A DNA stretch of 64,000 nucleotides from Candidatus Micrarchaeota archaeon (GTDB lineage: Archaea; Micrarchaeota; Micrarchaeia; Norongarragalinales; Norongarragalinaceae). The stretch covers positions 84,125-148,124 of the forward strand of contig JACPGT010000002.1 of assembly GCA_016188965.1 (NCBI GenBank), written 5' to 3'. The notes below the pieces were generated by a model. The model worked only from the letters and a program-made list of their open reading frames with translations. It was not told the DNA's origin and did no database searches. Below, piece by piece: positions 43,804 to 53,193 of this stretch (the first letter of the stretch is position 1; each line of letters begins with the position of its first letter). Both the position numbers and the translations under genes were made by a program.

Positions 43804-43986
43804 GGAGGAGTGTCCTGAGTCTGGCCAAAAGGGCAGGACTTAAGAGCCGCCCATCTTTTCTTTTTGATAAAAAGAAAAGCTAGGCGCCCCAAAAGAAAAA
43901 CCGTCTAGCGCGCGAATCATACAGCTTCAGCGGCTAAGTCATCCTGTGGCTTTGTGCCTTCGGGGGTTCAAATCCCCCCTCCTCCA
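43804..43986 (+). tRNA. tRNA-Leu(UAA) with 96-nt canonical (37/38) intron carrying hairpin element Y3
   Basis: Acceptor GGAGGAG/CTCCTCC+A. Anticodon stem CAGGA/TCCTG, loop CT-TAA-G. Intron 43845-43940 forms a strict hBHBh' (central CTTA/TAAG, bulges AGA and TCA, inner GCCGC/GCGGC). Long variable arm. T arm GGGGG-TTCAAAT-CCCCC. Mature length 87 nt. Confidence 0.88.
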
Positions 43987-44066
43987 CTTTTGATTCGTAA
44001 GACTAAACTCGGGGGTTCGGGGTAACGTAGGACTATAGGGGGCGGAGCCCCCTGTGGTCCCGCGGC

Positions 44067-44089
44067 GGGTTCAAATCCCCCCTCCTCCA
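44067..44089 (+). repeat. 23-nt duplicate of the tRNA-Leu(UAA) 3' end
   Basis: GGGTTCAAATCCCCCCTCCTCCA at 44067-44089 is identical to 43964-43986. No matching 5' acceptor strand lies between the copies. Confidence 0.75.
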
Positions 44090-44090
44090 T

Positions 44091-44336
44091 GGTCGCCCCG
44101 GGGGAAACGCTGTTTCCCCCTGGCGCACCCTCCGCCTCGCCCCCTTCCTTTACGATTCTCAAATACTAGTTTGAGGGAGGGGCTGGAGGACATCACAATT
44201 TCCTGCCGGAAATTGTGTGGGCCCCCAATTCCGTAAGAATTGGGAGCACCTGAAACTGAAGGGGGAAACGTGGTTACCGACGGTCTTGCTTGACCGTCGG
44301 TTTCTTCCGCGCCCCCTGCGGTTCCGGTTGCAAATC
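44091..44336 (+). repeat. full-length copy (X2) of the G/C-tract multi-hairpin repeat family X
   Basis: Modules: GGTCGCCCCGGG, hairpin GGGGGAAAC/GTTTCCCCC, CCTCCGCCTCGCCCCC, GAGGGAGGGGC, hairpin CACAATTTCC/GGAAATTGTG, hairpin CCCAATTC/GAATTGGG, hairpin ACCGACGGTC/GACCGTCGGT, end CCCCCTGCGGTTCCGGTTGCAAATC. Collinear with X3. Confidence 0.65.
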
Positions 44337-44350
44337 CCTACTCCGTTGAA

Positions 44351-44899
44351 TCATCTTCTCTGGATGTCTTGGCATGTGATGCCTTCGCGCTCAAGGCCGT
44401 AAATGGATAGTTTATTGCAGCGGCTGTCCGAATCCGCCTGGCACTTTTCGCAAATGCGTTCGATTTCTTCGAACGCATCGGATTGACGAACGAGCTCAAT
44501 TTTTTCATCCTTCGTCAATGCGCAGTGTTTTTTGTAGTACCACGGATCCGAAGCGACGCAGCCCGCATAGTTGGCGTACTCGCAAGCCCCCGTCAGCGTG
44601 TTCGTGCGAAAATGCGCAGGTGTGATGGCGGTCAAGCATAGTGGCATGAACCACCCCATCAGGACGAATATGGCAAATCCTACGGAAAGCGTTCCAAGGG
44701 AAAAAACAAAACCCATTTTTATGTTTCTTTCGGCGAACGCTTTCACGGCGTGGGCGGCTAGGACTAATATTCCGAAATAACCGATGCTTTGAAGCAGTGA
44801 AGAAACCAATACGTCGGTCAGTGACGAGCCGTGGACGTTTAGCGCCATGGCGAAAACGAACGCGATTCCAAAAAGCCCGACTAGAATCCTTCGATTCAT
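44351..44899 (-). CDS. membrane protein with Cys-rich C-terminal domain
   Basis: About 4 TM helices, then 8+ Cys (CEYANYAGC..HCAL..ICEKCQADSDSRC..ITC). Confidence 0.5.
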   Translation of the reverse strand: MNRRILVGLFGIAFVFAMALNVHGSSLTDVLVSSLLQSIGYFGILVLAAHAVKAFAERNIKMGFVFSLGTLSVGFAIFVLMGWFMPLCLTAITPAHFRTNTLTGACEYANYAGCVASDPWYYKKHCALTKDEKIELVRQSDAFEEIERICEKCQADSDSRCNKLSIYGLEREGITCQDIQRR

Positions 44900-44908
44900 G
44901 AAAAAAAC

Positions 44909-45322
44909 CTAGTGTTCATGCCCGCCGGAGATTTCGGAAGCCCAGCGGGACGCGATGTGGAAGATGTGCTCGTCGATGGAGCCGTCGTCGATCATTTCGG
45001 CGACTTGCAAATCCATGTCGGTCTTCGAGTCGAAACGCCGGCTGATGCGGAAGAGGTAGGCGCCGCCTTTGAACATCTGCACGTCCGGCTCCAATTTGAC
45101 TTCGACGAGGCAGTTTTTCGGCAGCACTTCAGCCAAGGCGGTTTTGACTTGCCGGCTTTCGCCGCCGCCGAAGCGCTCCGCTTCGTCCTCCATGGCCGCG
45201 TAGTGGCGCAAGCGGATGTAGCCGCTTAAGGATAGGGTCTTGTGTTTGGGGATGACGTCCATCTGTAGCCGTGAGGCGTGGAACCGGCGGCTCTTTTTCA
45301 GTGCGGAGAGGACGTCCAGCAT
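44909..45322 (-). CDS. hypothetical protein
   Basis: 137 aa from ATG 45322. The upstream part of the 262-aa ORF is Arg-rich and overlaps the next gene in another frame. Confidence 0.45.
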   Translation of the reverse strand: MLDVLSALKKSRRFHASRLQMDVIPKHKTLSLSGYIRLRHYAAMEDEAERFGGGESRQVKTALAEVLPKNCLVEVKLEPDVQMFKGGAYLFRISRRFDSKTDMDLQVAEMIDDGSIDEHIFHIASRWASEISGGHEH

Positions 45323-45351
45323 TTTCGGATTCCGTTTTTTTTTGTTTCTTT

Positions 45352-45951
45352 TCAGTTCTTGGAGAACTTCGACGCGTCGGCTTTTGCCGGCATGAGGCGG
45401 CTGAAGATGGCCGGACGCAGGCGGGCCATTCGGATTACGTCTTGCCGTTCGGCTTCTTCGTCGTGGTTCTTGATGGCGTTTCGGACTTCTTCGCACATGT
45501 CGTCGAAGTTCATCATCATGATTTCCTTGATGGTGTCTTGGTTTTCTTCCGAACCCCGCCGCAGCTGGTGGTGGAACATGGGGAATTCGATTTGGACCAG
45601 TCGGAAGGGTCCTTCCGGGTGTTGGATCTGGAACGTTTTGGCTTGGACGGCAGGCGCTGTTTTGAATTCGATTCCGTTTTCTTCTGCCGTTTCGCATACG
45701 AAGTCGGTCGTGCGGTTGGCGATTTTCCGGATGGCGTTTTCAAGCGCGAGGTTGTTTTTGGGCCCGGCGCGTGCGACGAATCGTACGGTCAGCGGACCGC
45801 CTTCTTTCCTGCGTTCGTATCGCGTCATTCCAAGCGGTGTCTTTGCTTCCGGGTGCTGCAGGTTCGGGTTCTGCGTCAAGCGGCGGCTTCGATTTGTTTC
45901 GTTGCCGGTGGAAGCTTGGCCGAACAAAGGGTGGGTTTCCGGCTCCAACAT
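45352..45951 (-). CDS. hypothetical protein
   Basis: 199-aa ORF with balanced composition. No motif recognised. Confidence 0.5.
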   Translation of the reverse strand: MLEPETHPLFGQASTGNETNRSRRLTQNPNLQHPEAKTPLGMTRYERRKEGGPLTVRFVARAGPKNNLALENAIRKIANRTTDFVCETAEENGIEFKTAPAVQAKTFQIQHPEGPFRLVQIEFPMFHHQLRRGSEENQDTIKEIMMMNFDDMCEEVRNAIKNHDEEAERQDVIRMARLRPAIFSRLMPAKADASKFSKN

Positions 45952-45993
45952 GGCGGTTTTCCTCGAGTCAAGCTCTTGACGTGGTGGCTGTTT

Positions 45994-48900
45994 TCAATTT
46001 TCTTGGCGGAAGCGGATGGCGACGATGCCGAAGAGGATCAAGCCGGCGAACAGGGCTGCCCAGGGCAGTTGTTCGGGCCACGAGGGCAGGAATAGTTTGG
46101 GCGGGGTGCCGGACGTCGTTGTGGAGGATGACGTGGGGGAAAGAAAAGGGCTGTCGGCGGGCACGCCTTGGCTGGTGCCGTCGGCGTTTCCGCTGTAACC
46201 GATGCCTTGCGTGGCAAAGGCCGGGTTCATGGGCACGTCTTGTCCGTTGTACACGTTGATGGCGCCGGTGGATGGGTTGAACGTCAGCATGCCGTTTTGT
46301 CCGCGCGCGGCCAAAAGCGCCAGGGCTTCTTTGAGTCCGTCAGGCCCTTCCGCGTTGAGGGTGGGTTGTCCGTTTTCGTTGGTCAGGTTGATCTTGAAGG
46401 GCCCTTTTTCCGTGGGGATGACCAGGTTGCCGTTTCCGTCCTTGGTGATGGGCCCGGTGATGGTGTAGTCGGTGGCTTTGCCCGTGTTCTTGTCGATGAC
46501 CCGGAGCTTGCCGTCGGGCGTGATGTAGTAGATGTGGTCCTTCGTTTCGAACGAGGTGATGCCTTCGGTTCCGGCGATCTTGTCCAACGCGGTGTTGAGC
46601 TTGTTGGCCGTGTCTTCCAAGCCGCGTTTGGCTTGGACTTGGATGTCGGCACCTTTGCCGCGCGTTCCCATCGAGATGCTTTGGATGTTCTGCGACGACG
46701 TCTCGAAGATGGAGTAGATGATGAGGCTGATTTGTTGGGTCGCGGAGTCGTAGTGCAGGGCGCCGTTGTCGCCGATGATGCTGACGAGCGTGCCGATGGA
46801 CTGCGAGTTTGAGCCGGCCGTGCCGTAGAGGACGACTTGTCCGTTGTTGCGGACGCTGATGCGTCCTCCTTGCGTGATGGCGGCTCGCAGGTCTTCCGGC
46901 GTGGGCACGGTTGCGCCGACGCCGGTGCGTGAGACGAAGTCGATTTGGCCGTCCATGAGGCTGGCGTCGCCTTCCGACGTCTGTACTTGGCGTACTTTTC
47001 CGATGGCTTGCGTGAAGTCGGAGCCGATCTGCCGTCCGGTCAATTCGAAGATGGCGCGCGAGAGGTCGCATGGCGGGTTGACCAGCACGCTCTGTCCGGT
47101 GGGCGCGATTTCCAAGAAGGCGTCCGAGCCGCCGGCGAGGGTGGATTGGATGATGGTGTTGGGGATGATGATGCGGGCCAGGGCTTGTATCTTGTTGCGA
47201 GCCATGGCGCGCAGTTTCCAGATGTCGTTCTGGAACGAGAGGGCTTTGCTGCCGTCGGCGTTGTTGGCCTCCAGTCCGTCGCCGAAGGTCAAGGACCGGC
47301 CGTCCTTGCTTTGGAGGCGGTCCTGCAGGCCGCAGGCGGAGCGGACCAGTTCGTACAGGCCACCTTTGATGGAGGACGTGGATTGGTCGATGTGGACGTA
47401 GAGCATTTCCGGCGTGCTGACGAATCCGCCTTGGTCCTGCGTGACGGCGCGCAGGTTGAGCACGTCCTTGAGGTTCTTGATGGATGCGGCGGCTTGGGCT
47501 TCTTCCGTCTTCGCGCCGATGACTTTGCTCAAACCCAGCTTGGAGAGCGGTTCGGAGATGGCGGGTAGCTTGTCGGCGACCACGTTGGCCGGTTTGGTCA
47601 CGCGTTCGGGAATGGTCTGCCAGGTCAGGATGTTGTGCATCTGGTCGCGGCAGTTGGACGTGTATCCGATGGCTTGGTTGCCGATGTAGAACTTCCATAG
47701 GTCGGGTGGATTGGTCCAGTCGAGGAACTCCAGGCCGCCGGCGACGGCCGAGGACCAGAAGTCGGTCTGGCGGAGGTAGTTGCGGAACGGCGTGAACGTG
47801 GAGCGGATGATGCTCAAGGCGGATACGGCGACGCTTCCGGCGAATGCGAGGCGGTACTTGTTCTTGAACTCGGCGTATTCGTCCTTGTCGCAGGCCACTT
47901 CCTTGCCGTAGTTCTCGTTGATGTCCAGGAATTCGAGGGTGGTGAGGAAGACGCCGGCGCCCAGGGCGCGTTCGTTCAGTTCGAAGAGCTTGCGGCTGGC
48001 GATGAACGGGATGGTCAGCGAGAAGAGGCTGGTGAGTGACTTGAGGTTGTTGTCCTCCAATGCCGGTTCGGCGATGATGTTGTTGGAAACGAATGCCAGG
48101 CTGGTGGCGGATTCGGGGCTTTGCTTGTTGGCGAAGGTGCGCATGTCTTCGTAGTTCAGCGTGTACGCCGGCCCGCGCCAACGGCTAAGGATGTTGATGC
48201 TGCCGTCGTCCTGGCTTTGCAGGCGCGTGGTCGACTCGTAGTTGGGCGTTTTTTGGGCTTCCGGATAGTTGAGCAAAAGCAGGTTCTTGGCGTAGAACGC
48301 TTTTTCCGGCACGAGTCCGAAGCCGGCGTATTTGGCGGCCAATTCCTGGATTTTGCCGATGCCTAAGAAGCCGGAGGCCTGCTTGAAGTCCGCCAACACC
48401 TTCTTGTTCGCCAGGATGCGCAGGAACTTGTCGTCTTTCTGGTGGCGGGCTTGGAATAGGACGCCGTTGTTGAGCGTGAATCCCATGCGGGCAGGGCCCA
48501 GCCAGCCGCCAGCCAGCATGAAACTGGCGGTGATGCGCGAGTCCAGCGTGGTCTTGACACGCCGCAGGTTCTGGAGGTTGTGTTCGGCTTCCTCGATTTC
48601 TTTGGCCAGGCCGCCTTCATAGTTGACGGGCAGTTTGTTGTTGGCGACGTATTCCTCCAACTTGTTGACGCCGGTAACCGGTGCGCCTACCGGGGTGCCC
48701 ATCGAGTTGTAGTATCGGAGCGTGCCGGTCGCGTCGACGTCGAACGACGAGACGGGGCCGATGCCGGGTATGGTGTGGCCTTCTTTCAGGACGTACCGGT
48801 TGGCGGCGTTTTTCTGCAGTTTGCCGGACAGTTCTTCCTGGATCCGTTGCGCGAGTATCGCGTTGGGCTCGCGGGCCTGGATGTTGACGCGGCGTTCTTC

Positions 48901-50127
48901 CTTGATTTTCTTGATTTGGCTCAAGTCGCGGATGGCGCCGAACGCGGCGATGGAGCCGATGAGCGAGGAGTAGAAGTCCGCTTTGGTGTACGCGTAGCTG
49001 AACACGATCCAATCGCGGTAGAACTCGGGAACGACGAGGTTGCCTCCGCCGTTGAGGTTCAGATAGCCCACGACGCTGGAGCCGTAGATGCGTTGGTTCA
49101 GCGGCTGTCCTCCGCGCTCGGACGTCAGTTCGGCCGTGGCCACGCCGGTGGCCGGTGACGTGTACGTCCCTTTGATCAGTTGCGTGTTTTTGGTGCCGTA
49201 CGTCAGGTCGGCGTCGAGAATGGCGATGTATCCGACGCGGCCGTTGATGATTTCGTCCTTCAAGAGGCAGCTTTCCGGGTCGATTTTGTGGCTGCGGAAC
49301 ACGTCGGCCATGCTGACTTCCTTGCCGGAGCCCGGCATGATCAGCTTGAACCGTTCGTACGGCTCCAGCTGTTTGGCGTCTTGCTTTTCCTGTTCTTCCT
49401 GGCCTTTCTTGTCGGTCTTTTCCTTCAGCAGATCGGTAATCTGGTTGAGCACTTCCTGGTATGGCGATTCTTTCGGCTCCTTGGCCAGGATTTTCTTGGC
49501 TTCCGCGACGCTGATTTCGCCGTTGTTGCGGACCGTCTTCTTCTGGTCGTCCCACAGGCCGAATTTCTTGGCGATTTCCTCGTCGGTCTTGCCGGTCAGG
49601 CCTTGCAGCTTGGCCACGTCGAGTATGTTGATCGTCTTGGACAAATCGGGGTTTTGGCTGTCCTGTTTTTTCCTTTCCTTGCTGAACGGGTCGTTGGGCT
49701 TGTCCGCCGAGCGGGCCAATGCGTCCAAATCGGACAAGTCGTTCAGGAAGTCGCCTTGAAATGCGCCGTTGGGTGAGAACAGGAAGTTCTGCAGTTGGTG
49801 CCGTTCGGAATCCGAAATGGAGTGGATGGTGCAGGCCGGGCCCGTCGTGGCGCCTGCAGGACGGTTCACCGGCGTCGGCGTGGGGGGCGTGGCCGGCGTC
49901 GGAGGAGTGCCGCTCGTCGTTGCGGGTCCAGGGGTCGGGCTGGTGACCGTAGTCGTGGTGCCGCCCGCAGGCACCGGCGTTGGCGTGGCGAAGTACAGTT
50001 CGCGAAGCGGTTCTGAAGCCGCAGGGCTGCTTTGCGCCCACGCCAAGGGGGCGAACATCTCGACGGACAGCATCAGCAGGATGAAGAGGGAAAATACGCG
50101 TTGGCGCATATTTGAATAGTCAGACAT
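45994..50127 (-). CDS. giant secreted surface protein (signal peptide, Thr/Pro linker, C-terminal Ser/Thr linker and TM anchor)
   Basis: 1377 aa from ATG 50127. [21 protein letters not shown] signal. [38 protein letters not shown] linker. C-terminus [36 protein letters not shown]. Confidence 0.7.
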   Translation of the reverse strand: MSDYSNMRQRVFSLFILLMLSVEMFAPLAWAQSSPAASEPLRELYFATPTPVPAGGTTTTVTSPTPGPATTSGTPPTPATPPTPTPVNRPAGATTGPACTIHSISDSERHQLQNFLFSPNGAFQGDFLNDLSDLDALARSADKPNDPFSKERKKQDSQNPDLSKTINILDVAKLQGLTGKTDEEIAKKFGLWDDQKKTVRNNGEISVAEAKKILAKEPKESPYQEVLNQITDLLKEKTDKKGQEEQEKQDAKQLEPYERFKLIMPGSGKEVSMADVFRSHKIDPESCLLKDEIINGRVGYIAILDADLTYGTKNTQLIKGTYTSPATGVATAELTSERGGQPLNQRIYGSSVVGYLNLNGGGNLVVPEFYRDWIVFSYAYTKADFYSSLIGSIAAFGAIRDLSQIKKIKEERRVNIQAREPNAILAQRIQEELSGKLQKNAANRYVLKEGHTIPGIGPVSSFDVDATGTLRYYNSMGTPVGAPVTGVNKLEEYVANNKLPVNYEGGLAKEIEEAEHNLQNLRRVKTTLDSRITASFMLAGGWLGPARMGFTLNNGVLFQARHQKDDKFLRILANKKVLADFKQASGFLGIGKIQELAAKYAGFGLVPEKAFYAKNLLLLNYPEAQKTPNYESTTRLQSQDDGSINILSRWRGPAYTLNYEDMRTFANKQSPESATSLAFVSNNIIAEPALEDNNLKSLTSLFSLTIPFIASRKLFELNERALGAGVFLTTLEFLDINENYGKEVACDKDEYAEFKNKYRLAFAGSVAVSALSIIRSTFTPFRNYLRQTDFWSSAVAGGLEFLDWTNPPDLWKFYIGNQAIGYTSNCRDQMHNILTWQTIPERVTKPANVVADKLPAISEPLSKLGLSKVIGAKTEEAQAAASIKNLKDVLNLRAVTQDQGGFVSTPEMLYVHIDQSTSSIKGGLYELVRSACGLQDRLQSKDGRSLTFGDGLEANNADGSKALSFQNDIWKLRAMARNKIQALARIIIPNTIIQSTLAGGSDAFLEIAPTGQSVLVNPPCDLSRAIFELTGRQIGSDFTQAIGKVRQVQTSEGDASLMDGQIDFVSRTGVGATVPTPEDLRAAITQGGRISVRNNGQVVLYGTAGSNSQSIGTLVSIIGDNGALHYDSATQQISLIIYSIFETSSQNIQSISMGTRGKGADIQVQAKRGLEDTANKLNTALDKIAGTEGITSFETKDHIYYITPDGKLRVIDKNTGKATDYTITGPITKDGNGNLVIPTEKGPFKINLTNENGQPTLNAEGPDGLKEALALLAARGQNGMLTFNPSTGAINVYNGQDVPMNPAFATQGIGYSGNADGTSQGVPADSPFLSPTSSSTTTSGTPPKLFLPSWPEQLPWAALFAGLILFGIVAIRFRQEN

Positions 50128-50266
50128 CGTGCCTTTATAGTAATGCCGGCAATGGCCGATGCAACCACCCATCGGCGCGCATGGCTGTTCGGCAAAGCCC
50201 CGTTTTGCTGTTGAATCGTTGCTGGTTCCGATGGCATACGGAGCCTTGCGGTCCTGACCAGGCTTT

Positions 50267-50530
50267 TCAGCCCGTCGGTGCGGTGGGGATCGCCTGCACT
50301 ACGTCGGCGAACGTGGCGTCCAAGTATAGGTAGGCGGCCAGGACGGCCAGGAGGGTGCCCAATAGCGTGACGAGGAGGAACCAGACGGGCTTGGGCACGT
50401 GTTCGAACCGATGGCTCAAACTGGCGTAGATGAATGAGCAGAACAGGGCCAAAGGAAAGACGGCGATGCCAATCATGGCGGATAACAGCGTCAATGGCCA
50501 GAGGTCGGAGGCCAGCGTTTCCAGCGGCAT
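50267..50530 (-). CDS. small membrane protein
   Basis: 87 aa from ATG 50530, with three hydrophobic helices. Confidence 0.4.
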   Translation of the reverse strand: MPLETLASDLWPLTLLSAMIGIAVFPLALFCSFIYASLSHRFEHVPKPVWFLLVTLLGTLLAVLAAYLYLDATFADVVQAIPTAPTG

Positions 50531-50558
50531 GTAGGTTCTACAGCAAACGGCTTTTTTA

Positions 50559-51752
50559 ATGGCTCCTGCGTTACGTCTGGATATGGGCGAGTTGGACACG
50601 GCTGCGGCCTTGCTGTATTATCTTTTCATCATCCTCGGTTCCATCAGTCCTGGCTACTTGGCCGTGCGCTACACCTATCCGGACGTGCGTACCTTCAGCC
50701 GAGAGGAAAGGCTCGGCGCATCCGTGCTGCTCGGCGGCTTCATCGCCATCTTGGCCATCTTGGCAGATGTGACGTTCAGCGGGCTTGGCGCGGTCTTTTC
50801 CACGCAGGGTGTCTGGCCCGCGTTCTGGCTGGCCGCGTCCGTCGTAGCCTTTGCCGTCATGTTCGTCGGCCTCCGCAAGCCGGATGGCGTGGAAGTGGCC
50901 GTGCCGACCAGCAAGCGCCTGGCGCTTCTGCAGAAGGAGCTTGAAATCCTGGACCAGAAGCCGCCGGCGGATTCGGAACTCGCGGCCAAGCTGGAGGCGT
51001 TGCGCCGCAAGGGCGTTATTCCCAAGGACGACGTCACTTCTGCCCAGGCTCCGGCCGAAGCGTCTGCTTCGGGCGTCGCGCCTGCCGTGCCTTCCGTTCC
51101 GCAGAACGTGCGTGAGGCCAAACGCGTGCTGGAAAAGGCCCGCGAGTTGGAAGTGGAGACCATCCTGACGGATTTGCAGTTGGATTACCCGGCCGCCGTC
51201 TCCGGTCCGGAAGTGGGACGCCACCGTCGCCTCTACCTGGCCGCCCGCCAGCCGCCGTCGAAGGAAGAGGAAAAGCAGATTGTGGAGGACGTCTACTTGT
51301 CATTCCACGATGCGGCGGAGGCCAACAAGAAAAAGGACGAAGCCAAGGGGTCCAAAGCGCTGGATTTGTTGAAAGACGAGTTGGCGCTCAAGCCCGCGGC
51401 TGCGGCGGCCAAAACGGGTGCTCTTTCCAAGGCCGCGTCAGCGGCTGCGCCGGGAACCGTCAGCATGGCGGACTTGTTCGGCGAGCCCAAGGCCAAGTCG
51501 GTGCAAGCCGCGCCCAAGAGCGTTTTTTCGCAACTGGACAAGGAAGTCACGTCCGTTCCGGTAGCCACGCCGCCGGTGTGTCCCACGTGCAAGCAGAAGA
51601 ATTCGCGCATCGTATTCTGCCCGTATTGCGGTGCCGGCATGTGCGCCAACTGTTCGCCCAAAGTCACGCCGAACCCGGATGGATTCACGTACACGTGTCC
51701 GAAGTGCCAGGAAGACATTCCCGTCAAGAAGAAGCAGACGCCGCCGCTGTAG
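50559..51752 (+). CDS. membrane protein with C-terminal double zinc-ribbon
   Basis: About 4 N-terminal TM helices, Ala/Lys/Glu-rich linker, then CPTCKQK..CPYCGAGMCANC..CPKCQ. Confidence 0.55.
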   Translation: MAPALRLDMGELDTAAALLYYLFIILGSISPGYLAVRYTYPDVRTFSREERLGASVLLGGFIAILAILADVTFSGLGAVFSTQGVWPAFWLAASVVAFAVMFVGLRKPDGVEVAVPTSKRLALLQKELEILDQKPPADSELAAKLEALRRKGVIPKDDVTSAQAPAEASASGVAPAVPSVPQNVREAKRVLEKARELEVETILTDLQLDYPAAVSGPEVGRHRRLYLAARQPPSKEEEKQIVEDVYLSFHDAAEANKKKDEAKGSKALDLLKDELALKPAAAAAKTGALSKAASAAAPGTVSMADLFGEPKAKSVQAAPKSVFSQLDKEVTSVPVATPPVCPTCKQKNSRIVFCPYCGAGMCANCSPKVTPNPDGFTYTCPKCQEDIPVKKKQTPPL

Positions 51753-51775
51753 GCCGTCTGAATCTATTGCCGTCT

Positions 51776-52174
51776 TTACTCCCGACGGGTGGGGTGTCTG
51801 CGATTTTTCCTGCGTTCAACCTGCTGTTGTAGGCGGGCGTTCTGGATCACGAGCTTCAGATGGTCCTTGAGGTGGGCTCGCATTCCTTCTTCGAACCCGG
51901 TATCAAAGCCGTCGATGTGCAGGCGAATGGGCGCCCGGACGCCTTTTTCTTTCAAGTATCCGCGAACCCATCGGCTGATGACGTTCAGCGTGGTTCCGGG
52001 CCGCCCGAAATGGTAAACCACTTCGGAGGGTTTCGGTTCCCTTTCCAGAATGCTGGGACCGGGTAGCTCGTTTTTTCCAAGCTTGCGGTCATGGACTTCG
52101 AAATGGATGCACGGTTCGTATTCCAAGCGGGTGGGCAGGGTGCGCGCCAGGCGTCCTAAGATGTACAGGTGCAT
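51776..52174 (-). CDS. hypothetical protein
   Basis: 132-aa ORF with ATG 52174. Confidence 0.4.
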   Translation of the reverse strand: MHLYILGRLARTLPTRLEYEPCIHFEVHDRKLGKNELPGPSILEREPKPSEVVYHFGRPGTTLNVISRWVRGYLKEKGVRAPIRLHIDGFDTGFEEGMRAHLKDHLKLVIQNARLQQQVERRKNRRHPTRRE

Positions 52175-52356
52175 TGGGGTTAGTTCCGGCTTCTGCTATT
52201 TATAGCAATTCCAGGGGCCGGACGTCGAACGGTTGGCTGTGCGTCGTATGGCGGCCCGGCATAGTGGCGTCCACGTTTTTGAAACTTCGCGGCTTATGCT
52301 CGCTGGTGCGAGTTGCAACTTTCTGCGTCCGTCTTTGCCGTTGTCGTTTGACGGTT

Positions 52357-53193
52357 TTACGGCGCGTTGGGGTCGGGGTGCCAGATGCAGAACGACAATG
52401 CATAGCTGCGCAGCTTGCGGTCGGGCGGGTTGACGGCAGTGTTCACGTAGATGACTTTGAAGGGCACTTGGACAGTGACGACGTCGGGGCTGACGTCTTT
52501 GGCCCCGGCGCAGATGCCGAATTGCGAGGGCGCGCCAACCCTGAGGAACCGGGGATAGTCCGTAATCAGGCGGCTGTTGAGGTACTCTCCGCTGCCTTTG
52601 GGCATCACCCGCACGGCCGCGCCGTCGGCCGAGTCCGTGTCGATGACGTCGAATCCGTAGTAGAATCCGGCGTACCAGAATGGCTTCATCAGTTCCTTGA
52701 CGGCGCACTTGTAGGCCGTGATGCCGGCGGCTTTCGTGCCGTCGAACTCGTCATCCAGCTTGGCGTCGAATTCCGCCAAGTCGCGCTTGAGCAGTTCGGT
52801 GACGGAGAAGCTGCCGCTGTACTTTTCCAGTCCCTTGCATCCGCTCACGGGATCCGCCAGGTCCCGGTAGATTTCCAGCGGCGTGGTGGCGGGGTTGCCC
52901 GCGCGGTTGACGGTGGACTCGCGGTTGTCGATGTTGCGCAACGTCGACGCATCGATGTAGTAGGATGCCTTCACCACGCTCTGCATGTAGTTGAGGATGT
53001 AGGCCGAGCGCAGGACGCGGTCCTGCTGCGTACCGTACGTCGTGACGAAGCTGAAGATCAACGCGGACGAGATGGCGGCCAGCAGAAGCAGGTTGACGCC
53101 GTCAAAGATGGCGGCTTGTCCTCGCTGGAACCGCGGTCTGTAGTGCCGGCCGGTGGCGGCTTTCTTTTTCAGATTTTCCCACGTTCCTTCCAT
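52357..53193 (-). CDS. type IV pilin-like protein (class III signal peptide)
   Basis: MEGTWENLKKKAATGRHYRPRFQRGQ/AAIFDGVNLLLLAAISSALIFSF. ATG 53193. Confidence 0.6.
   Translation of the reverse strand: MEGTWENLKKKAATGRHYRPRFQRGQAAIFDGVNLLLLAAISSALIFSFVTTYGTQQDRVLRSAYILNYMQSVVKASYYIDASTLRNIDNRESTVNRAGNPATTPLEIYRDLADPVSGCKGLEKYSGSFSVTELLKRDLAEFDAKLDDEFDGTKAAGITAYKCAVKELMKPFWYAGFYYGFDVIDTDSADGAAVRVMPKGSGEYLNSRLITDYPRFLRVGAPSQFGICAGAKDVSPDVVTVQVPFKVIYVNTAVNPPDRKLRSYALSFCIWHPDPNAP

Noticed and set aside
43990-44350. Possible CRISPR array or additional tRNA genes in the hairpin-rich region, and ORF 44217-44402
   Set aside because: The hairpins are all different, are not separated by regular spacers, and no repeat unit recurs in tandem, so this is not a CRISPR array. 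No complete cloverleaf can be drawn beyond the 23-nt tRNA-Leu 3' fragment. The 61-aa ORF is partly antisense to the 44351-44899 gene and lacks a pilin-like helix.
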